Assembly (NCBI GenBank): GCA_963719035.1
Contig: CAVRAO010000006.1
Span: forward strand, 109,231 to 141,230
Source of the DNA: Methanobacteriota archaeon
Lineage (GTDB): Archaea; Halobacteriota; Bog-38; Methanoflorentales; Methanoflorentaceae
DNA: 32,000 bases
Direction: 5' to 3'
The notes under the pieces were generated by a model. That model was not told the DNA's origin and searched no databases. It worked only from the letters and a program-made list of their open reading frames with translations. Shown here in pieces: positions 25,572 through 32,000 of this stretch. Numbering within the stretch: position 1 is the stretch's first letter; each line of letters begins with the position of its first letter. The translations under genes were made by a program, and so were the position numbers.

Positions 25572-27017
25572 TCATTTTTGATCTCCTTCAAGGCGGAGGA
25601 TTTGGGTAAGCAGCTTTGCATCTGTTTTTCCAACAACTCCTGTGGCTAACAACACCACGACGTATATACAAACTGCTGCACCTGTTAAAAGAACATGATT
25701 GAACATGTTGAATGCAAGAATCGTCACAACCATGAGCATGCCAGCGAAAGCGGTTTTGCCCACGGCTGGCAGGCTACGGCGGATGGTCCGTTGAGCTGTT
25801 GCTCCGCTTATATATAGGACCAACAAGAACGAAATGCATTCCGTAACTACCGTAACCACGCTGGCTGCTATTAGTCCGAAGGGGGGGATAAGAACCAAGT
25901 TCAGCGCGATATTCTCAACCATGCAGATCAGTGCGACTTTGGTCAGCGCGACCTGTCTGTCAGCTGATACTAAGAAGTTAGTGAAAGGACTTCCAAGAAA
26001 AATAAAAACCGATGCCCACACTAATATCTGAAGCGCTATGATTGAATTTGTATATCCAGCACCAAAGACTAACAAAATAATCTTGTCAGCCAAGAAAGTA
26101 ATACCGATACCCATCGGCACACTTATAACCGCTATGTAGCGGAAATATGTATCGCGCAGCAACAAAAGCGAGTCTTTGGCCTCAACGAAAAACCGCGACA
26201 TTACAGGAAGAACTGCTACGTTCATCACCGTCGGAATTACTAGTAATACGACCATTAGCCGGTAAGCGGCGCTATACCATCCAACGACCTCGACTCCTTT
26301 AATTACCGACAACAAGACTGAGTCAATCCAAAAAAAGATAGTTACAAAAATGCTGGTAACGGCAAACGGAATAGCTGTGCTTATGGTTACTCTCCAGAAT
26401 TCTGGGTCGATGTCCAGCTTTGGTGAGGTAAACTTCCAACGAAAAATAGCCCAGCTATACGTTAGTACCATAGCGCCGGCAACTACGTAGATGGCGGCAA
26501 AGCTGACAACGTCGAAGCTTAGCTTTATCGCGATAAGAACGCCGCATAAGAAAATGGCGCTGTTTAGAACTATCCCAATAGACTGATACTTCATCTTCTC
26601 GAATGCTTGGAATACCGAATTATACATCGCGGTAAGACTGGTGAAGACTATCGAAAATGCGAGAATGCTTATGACGTATATCGTCTGTAGAGCATAGCCA
26701 AGAATTACCGCGGTTCCCACAATGAGGCCAAACGTTAAGACCGCGAGAAAAACCCGTATCACGGTGATGTTACCAACATACTTGCTTACAAGCGATTTGT
26801 TTCGCGCAACTTCGCGCGTCGTGAGTGTGCTTAACCCTAAATCGCTGACCACCCCAAAAATACCAGCAAATGCCAATGCGAGGCTCAGCACGCCGAACAA
26901 CTCAGCCCCCAGGTAACGGCCGGTGATGCTGAGGGAGATAAACCCTAACAGCATGGTCACAACATTTGCTATGAACAAAACAGAAGCATTTCTAGCAATC
27001 CTTTCGACCGTATTCAT
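25572..27017 (-). CDS. Wzx-like oligo/polysaccharide flippase (MOP superfamily)
   Basis: It has about 12-14 TM segments. The N-terminus is ARNASVLFIANVVTMLLGFISLSITGRYLGAELFGVLSLALAF. ATG 27017 is preceded by GAGGAG. The ORF track start at 27101 adds 28 non-hydrophobic residues. Confidence 0.85.
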   Translation of the reverse strand: MNTVERIARNASVLFIANVVTMLLGFISLSITGRYLGAELFGVLSLALAFAGIFGVVSDLGLSTLTTREVARNKSLVSKYVGNITVIRVFLAVLTFGLIVGTAVILGYALQTIYVISILAFSIVFTSLTAMYNSVFQAFEKMKYQSIGIVLNSAIFLCGVLIAIKLSFDVVSFAAIYVVAGAMVLTYSWAIFRWKFTSPKLDIDPEFWRVTISTAIPFAVTSIFVTIFFWIDSVLLSVIKGVEVVGWYSAAYRLMVVLLVIPTVMNVAVLPVMSRFFVEAKDSLLLLRDTYFRYIAVISVPMGIGITFLADKIILLVFGAGYTNSIIALQILVWASVFIFLGSPFTNFLVSADRQVALTKVALICMVENIALNLVLIPPFGLIAASVVTVVTECISFLLVLYISGATAQRTIRRSLPAVGKTAFAGMLMVVTILAFNMFNHVLLTGAAVCIYVVVLLATGVVGKTDAKLLTQILRLEGDQK

Positions 27018-27365
27018 TTCGCTCCTCGTTTGATTTCGATTGATATAAAAGGTCTGATTGTCGCCTACTAGTGGTTTGTCGGGGGCAGCTAGCTGCTTCA
27101 AGCATTACTTGTGAGCGACAGGTAATACAATTCTTCTGTTTTGCTGGATGGCGGTGTCGGAGAGTTCCCAAGAAGTCCCAGTTAGGAGAGAGCCCCGCTT
27201 AATATGCTGCGTGCCTTTGGTAATGCGTTGCTTCAAAAGATAATCTCGCTAAGACCAATTAGATACTGCACGGCTGGCTGCCCTCGACTGTCGATGGGAA
27301 GCTTAAGAATTAATAGCAAAACATGAGCATAGCATAACATCGAATTAAATCGTCATTGAACCTCC

Positions 27366-28331
27366 ATGTCAGCGCAAGATCGAGTGCCATTAGTTAGCGT
27401 ATTTATGAAATCATACGAGCACGAGCAGTTTATCGCTGAAGCAATTGAAAGCGTCTTACAGCAAGATTTTACGGATCTCGAGCTGATTATTGTAGATGAT
27501 GCCTCTACAGACGCGTCAAAACAAATTATCGAACGCTATGCTGAGCAGGACCCCCGAATTCGGGTGATATTTCACGAGATTAATCTAGGCATTACGAAAG
27601 TCGTAAACGACGGCATTGACGCGGCACGCGGAAAATTCATTGCCCAAATAGACTCTGATGATGTCTGGGTGAAAGACAAGCTGCGAAAGCAACTTGCCGT
27701 TCTTGAATGCAATGAGGATTTAATCGTCTGGTCAGAAGGAGCGCTCATTGATCAAAGTGGACGACTCGTAGGCAAGACCTTTAGTGAGATGTCCTCTAGC
27801 GTGCAAAGGAAGAAAGGCGGAGATATCTTTCAAGAACTTTTGATAGGGCCATACATTTTTGGCACGTCCTTGCTTTACAAAAGGCAGAACTTAGGCGACC
27901 TGCGATATGACGAATGCTTATCATATTTGAACGACTACAAATTCGAACTCGAATTGGCACGCAAATATCAGTTTTATTACGTAGCCGAACCGCTCGCAAA
28001 ATATCGAATACATGGGCAAAACACGCTAGTAGGTTCAGGTCCACACGCCAAAGAAAGACGACGCAGAGGCGTTGCCGAAGAAATATCAGTTCGTCAAGAA
28101 GCGTTACGGCAGTATAATCATGAAGTACCGGATACCGTCATGGCCAAGATCTGCGCTAGCAGCGGGTTCTGTTACAGTAAGTTAGGCGCACATAGAACGG
28201 CACTACGCTCTTTTTTGCGTGCGATCCGACGTAATCCGTACAACTGGAAAAATCTTGTCTATTCAGCCATAATTCTCGCGCTAGGACTCCAAACGCTGCT
28301 CGATGCTCGAATCCGCGAAGAGAAGAAATGA
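27366..28331 (+). CDS. Family 2 glycosyltransferase with C-terminal helical extension
   Basis: The sequence PLVSVFMKSYEHEQFIAEAIESVLQQDFTDLELIIVDDASTDAS and the motif IAQIDSDDVW are the canonical GT2 signature. Confidence 0.9.
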   Translation: MSAQDRVPLVSVFMKSYEHEQFIAEAIESVLQQDFTDLELIIVDDASTDASKQIIERYAEQDPRIRVIFHEINLGITKVVNDGIDAARGKFIAQIDSDDVWVKDKLRKQLAVLECNEDLIVWSEGALIDQSGRLVGKTFSEMSSSVQRKKGGDIFQELLIGPYIFGTSLLYKRQNLGDLRYDECLSYLNDYKFELELARKYQFYYVAEPLAKYRIHGQNTLVGSGPHAKERRRRGVAEEISVRQEALRQYNHEVPDTVMAKICASSGFCYSKLGAHRTALRSFLRAIRRNPYNWKNLVYSAIILALGLQTLLDARIREEKK

Positions 28332-28523
28332 GCCGCAAAGCTTGTCTCATCTAGCGGTTGCTTCGATGCCACGACGCAAAAAAACGGTTTTCGACATCAA
28401 GCATCTGTGAAAAGTCTCAACTGACACTGGTCTTTATAGCATTCGTGACTGATAAGGAACAAAAGAACGTTACATGTTATCGAAGTCCACGTTAAACTCT
28501 CGCTGTTGTCATCCTATGAGAAT

Positions 28524-29600
28524 ATGAACCCAGAAGTGACCATTATCACGCTAAATTGGAACGGATGGCTTGATACCTTAGAGTGTTTAGAGTCTTTATT
28601 TCACATCGATTATGACAACTATCGTGTCATTCTTGTGGATAACGCTTCCACCGATGATTCGCTAGTCAAGATAGATGCCCACTGCACGAACGAGCTTAAG
28701 TTCGCGTCTTATTTGTCTGAGCACTTGGTCAGAAATAAGCCAATAAAAGCCGTGTATTACACCAAAGTGGAAACAGAACTGGCAGATCGCAGCGAAGCAG
28801 CTGCACAACAAGTAGACCTTGCGCTCACCGTAATACAGAACGATAAAAACTACGGTTTTGCCGAGGGTACTAACATTGGCGTTGCATATGCCTTGAATGC
28901 CTTTGATCCAGATTACATCTTGGTACTTAACAATGATACCATTGTTGACCAGCATTTTTTACGTGCTCTAGTTGACGCCGCTGAGAACGATGAGCAAATA
29001 GGACTGCTCCAACCTAAGATCCTACGCTATGCTGACGCACTGATCGATAACACCGGGAGCTTATGTGATCGCTTAGCGTATTGCAAGCCCCGAGGCCTTG
29101 GTGAGATTGATGCAGGCCAGTACGATCGCGACCTGAAAGATAATTTTTTTTACGTAACCGGCGCCTGTATGCTTATTAGAAAAAGCGTGCTTTCAGCATT
29201 GTCAGGCGAGTGCTTCGATCCATATTTATTCGCGTACTATGAAGACGTAGATCTGTCGTGGATGGTGCGACTGCTTGGATTTAAAGTCGGCTACTGTCCG
29301 GATTCCGTGTGCTACCACAAAGGGAGTGCGACTTTCGGCGACAACAGCCCCTTCATCGCATATTTAAGCGACAGAAACAGGCTGAGGGTGTTGATCAAAA
29401 ACTATGCGCTAATATCGCTTTTTTTTGTCTTGCCTTTAACCATCGTGTTGAAGTCCGCGGCGCTCGCCGCGGAATGCATAATCGGCATTGATCTCCGCTA
29501 CATAGCGAGCTTCGTCAAGGCGCTCGCCTGGAACACTTTACAGCTTCGAAATACGCTTGCATTAAGAAGGAAGACTCCAATCGAAGCGCAAAGTGTCTGA
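28524..29600 (+). CDS. Family 2 glycosyltransferase (rhamnosyl/GalNAc-transferase-like) with C-terminal TM region
   Basis: Motifs are VTIITLNWNG..YRVILVDNASTDDS, NYGFAEGTNIG, LVLNNDTIV and YEDVDLSWMVRLLGFKV. The in-frame ATG is at 28524, and TTG 28506 is also possible. Confidence 0.9.
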   Translation: MNPEVTIITLNWNGWLDTLECLESLFHIDYDNYRVILVDNASTDDSLVKIDAHCTNELKFASYLSEHLVRNKPIKAVYYTKVETELADRSEAAAQQVDLALTVIQNDKNYGFAEGTNIGVAYALNAFDPDYILVLNNDTIVDQHFLRALVDAAENDEQIGLLQPKILRYADALIDNTGSLCDRLAYCKPRGLGEIDAGQYDRDLKDNFFYVTGACMLIRKSVLSALSGECFDPYLFAYYEDVDLSWMVRLLGFKVGYCPDSVCYHKGSATFGDNSPFIAYLSDRNRLRVLIKNYALISLFFVLPLTIVLKSAALAAECIIGIDLRYIASFVKALAWNTLQLRNTLALRRKTPIEAQSV

Positions 29601-29830
29601 TAACGACATGGTGCAGCATATGAGTTCCATTCTCTTTCAATCCGCACGCAGAGCTTTTAGAACGGTGGCGGCATCAACGAGTTTAAGCTACCTTAACAAA
29701 TGCTTGCCTCGTAGAAATCGGCTATTAGCTAGAAAAAAACATCGGGGCTAATCAAATGGTGCTCCAAGAATTGTTGCTTTCCGCGTAACCAAGGGGGTAA
29801 GCACAATCTTCATCACAACGCGCAGTTCTG

Positions 29831-30691
29831 CTATACACAATCGATTCGATTCGATCCGACGCATTTTGCCAGCTGAATGAGGTCCTGCTTTGCTTCGCTC
29901 GATTTGAGGTGCCATAAGCTTTCGATAGCCTCATTGACTTTTGTTGCCGCGATTTCCCGAAGATATTCGTCTTGGGAACAATTGGTCTCGTCCAGATCGA
30001 GCATTATCGTTCGACTTTGTGCCCAATCAACAATGTCATCGCAAATTTGATATCCGACGCCGAGTGCGTGCCCATAAGTAGCGAGGGTTCTGACATCATC
30101 GGGAGTCCCTCCGCCTATTAGTGCCCCCACGGTCGCTGCGGCCTCAAAGAGGGATGCTGTCTTTTTTGAAACCATCTTTTGGTACACGCGCGGGCGCACC
30201 TTTTTTGTACGATAAATGAACCGTTCAGTAAGCTCACCCTCGCACATAAGGGCAGTCGCTTTGGCCAGCGCGCTCGTGATCCGCGGATCCGCATAACGCG
30301 TAGTTATGCTTAAAATCATTGAGAGGATAAAATCAGCGCTTAAAAGCGCCATTTCTTGACCGTGGGCTGCGTGAAAAGCTTTGACATTGCGGCGTACGCC
30401 ATCGCCGTCGATAATGTCATCGTGGATAAGCGACTCCATATGCGCAAGTTCTACCGCGACGGCAGCAGGAAGAGGGTCACCAGCTCGTCCTCCCACTCTA
30501 TCATAAGCGATGAGGACGATGATCGGCCGCAGGCGCTTGCCTCCAGCGAACGCATCTACAAAAGCAGCAAAGAAAGGGGAACCCTCCCGCTGACGCAGCT
30601 CTTTGTGCAGTGCGAGGTCTACTTGGACACGGTAAAAATCAATTCTCGTTGAAAAGCTGTCTAAAGGAGTGTTCCGCGGACTTCTCTGCAT
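29831..30691 (-). CDS. Polyprenyl (geranylgeranyl-type) diphosphate synthase
   Basis: GGKRLRPIIVL, the first Asp-rich motif LIHDDIIDGDGVRRN, and the second Asp-rich motif GYQICDDIVD. 286 aa. Confidence 0.9.
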   Translation of the reverse strand: MQRSPRNTPLDSFSTRIDFYRVQVDLALHKELRQREGSPFFAAFVDAFAGGKRLRPIIVLIAYDRVGGRAGDPLPAAVAVELAHMESLIHDDIIDGDGVRRNVKAFHAAHGQEMALLSADFILSMILSITTRYADPRITSALAKATALMCEGELTERFIYRTKKVRPRVYQKMVSKKTASLFEAAATVGALIGGGTPDDVRTLATYGHALGVGYQICDDIVDWAQSRTIMLDLDETNCSQDEYLREIAATKVNEAIESLWHLKSSEAKQDLIQLAKCVGSNRIDCV

Positions 30692-30836
30692 CTGTTTGCC
30701 TCATGTGATGTGTTAGATCGTAAATAACCTAGCATTATCGATGTACAACGCGAGCCGATTGCAAAAGACTGTCTGCGACTCTCTGGCACATCGAAACACA
30801 ACGCTTTCATCGATGAGAGAAAAATAGGGAGGCTAT

Positions 30837-31250
30837 ATGGCGATTGACATACGGATGTTAGCGACAGCAAACCTCGTTGTACAGCTCGCCCTTATCGGTT
30901 TTGTCTTTGGCGCGGTGTATCTTGCGCGCAGGGGGAGAGTCATTCGACATTGCACCATCGTACGAGGTGCCGTCATCGCCCAAATCATTGCGATATTAGC
31001 GATAATGCTGCCCTCGCTGCTCGGATACGTCGAAAACGTTCCGCTGATTCCCTTCCTGTACCCCGAGCTCCTCACGCATCACATTTTGGGGCTCGTGCTG
31101 ATCGGAATCTTTGTGCATATTAACCTCGAAGTCGGGCGCGTAGTCCGCCCTGTTGTCAAACGCAAAAGCGTGATGCGCCTTGCTCTTGGTATATGGCTTG
31201 TCGCCCTCGCCCTAGGCATCAATATTTTTCTCACCATCTACTACGCCTAA
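30837..31250 (+). CDS. Small 4-TM membrane protein, unknown function
   Basis: ATG is preceded by GGGAGG (aaaatagggaggctatATG). There are four hydrophobic helices. It is divergent from the polyprenyl synthase gene. Confidence 0.65.
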   Translation: MAIDIRMLATANLVVQLALIGFVFGAVYLARRGRVIRHCTIVRGAVIAQIIAILAIMLPSLLGYVENVPLIPFLYPELLTHHILGLVLIGIFVHINLEVGRVVRPVVKRKSVMRLALGIWLVALALGINIFLTIYYA

Positions 31251-31265
31251 CGCGTACGATCTCGA

Positions 31266-31819
31266 ATGCAGTTCGGCCCCAATTCTGAGCTGGAGCTTAA
31301 AAAGGACTCGATGCTAGACGAACTCATCCCTTCTTTGACGCGCACGCCGCTATCGCAGCGCTTATCACTTTCGATTGACGCGCTTGTTAGCAGTGGCCCT
31401 TATCCAACGAGCAAGATGCAGAAAGGACCAGTGCTTTTGTGCGGATCTACCGATTTGTCCAGAGAGGGCGTTGGGTTAGGAGTGCCCATAGCGAAGTTCG
31501 CGCATCGTGTCTTTTTCCCTGGGGAAGCGCGCATCATCGAGCGACTAACAGACGATCAACTACGCACTGATGGTGGACTACGAGCTCAACCTCGAAGAGC
31601 GCCTGACGTTGAAAAGTGGCAAGAAGATACGGAGCGAGAACTTCTATGCACTTAAGGAGTGGTTTGCGGGCCTCCGATTTCTCAGAGACCAAGATGAAGT
31701 TCGCCATTGTAAAGGGCCAGATCACGTTCTTGCTGAAAAAAAAGCTCGGAAAACCCGCAGACGCAGTAGTCAGACCATTTGAGGCAGTAACAGACTTCAT
31801 ATTCCGATCCGTGAATTGA
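31266..31819 (+). pseudogene. Hypothetical protein, apparently split over three frames
   Basis: ORFs 31266-31655 (frame 0), 31570-31782 (frame 1) and 31616-31819 (frame 2) overlap head-to-tail. Each is protein-like only over a consecutive segment: ..GEARIIERLT / TINYALMVDYELNLEERLTLKSGKKIRSENFYALKEWFAG / DFSETKMKFAIVKGQITFLLKKKLGKPADAVVRPFEAV. The frame changes are at about 31550-31560 and 31665-31695. Confidence 0.4.
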
Positions 31820-32000
31820 CCTTAAATGCAGATAATACTGTCAACGCTAGAACGAACTGGGGGAAACAGCGGAAGCTCACTCGTGCAGTTTCCACGCTAG
31901 CAGAACGATCTTGATGAAGCTTACAATACCACTTGCAATGGATCCAAGTTTCTGTCTTTCAACACTGAAAAAAAAACGCGTATCACCTGAATTTAAACGA

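Noticed and set aside
1-32000. Search for tRNA/rRNA genes, integrases, transposases and terminal inverted repeats that would define a mobile island around the TIR/SLOG/SLATT locus or the glycosylation cluster
   Set aside because: No T-loop/acceptor-like structures, recombinase motifs or long inverted or direct repeats were seen by eye. The absence cannot be proven without tRNAscan, Infernal or ISfinder-type searches.

Overview
The window looks archaeal, probably euryarchaeal, with roughly 50-55% GC by eye. Supporting signs are A/T-rich TATA-like boxes about 25-35 nt upstream of several start codons, an isoprenoid synthase, PKD-rich surface proteins, PBS-lyase-type HEAT repeats and a B12-radical-SAM gene. 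All domain calls come from reading the ORF translations by eye; no searches were run.

Gene content, left to right:
- 367-5027 (-): a very large secreted PKD/Ig-repeat surface protein broken by at least six frame changes, followed by a small lipoprotein.
- 5459-9605 (+): the most interesting locus. It has three co-oriented genes: a TPR / SLOG (LSDAT-like) / 2xRyR protein that is itself frameshifted, a membrane protein with two SLATT-like 2TM modules, and a TIR-TM-extracytoplasmic (PsbP-like) protein. This has the logic of a Thoeris-like nucleotide-signalling conflict system (TIR producer, SLOG sensor, membrane effector), but in an architecture I do not recognise as described.
- 9920-11295: a frameshifted HEAT-repeat gene.
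- 11527-13153: a small redox cluster (flavodoxin-like, DJ-1/PfpI, small Cys protein).
- 13393-16478: a lipoprotein, two small hypothetical ORFs, inorganic pyrophosphatase and UppP.
- 16549-18781: a B12-binding radical SAM gene translationally coupled to a Cys/His-rich membrane protein.
- 18798-19142 (-): a zinc-ribbon membrane protein.
- 19288-21580: a cadC-cadA metal efflux pair with a perfect palindromic operator.
- 21581-22030: a palindrome-rich 450-nt non-coding stretch.
- 22031-24037: a small zinc-ribbon ORF, a DUF362 gene and a TMEM175-type channel.
- 24611-29600: a glycosylation cluster (3 GTs plus a Wzx-like flippase) that appears lower in GC.
- 29831-31819: a polyprenyl synthase and two small genes.

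A second notable property is that at least 13 frame disruptions fall in only six genes, while about 17 kb of other coding sequence is intact. No rRNA, tRNA, CRISPR array, integrase or transposase was recognised.
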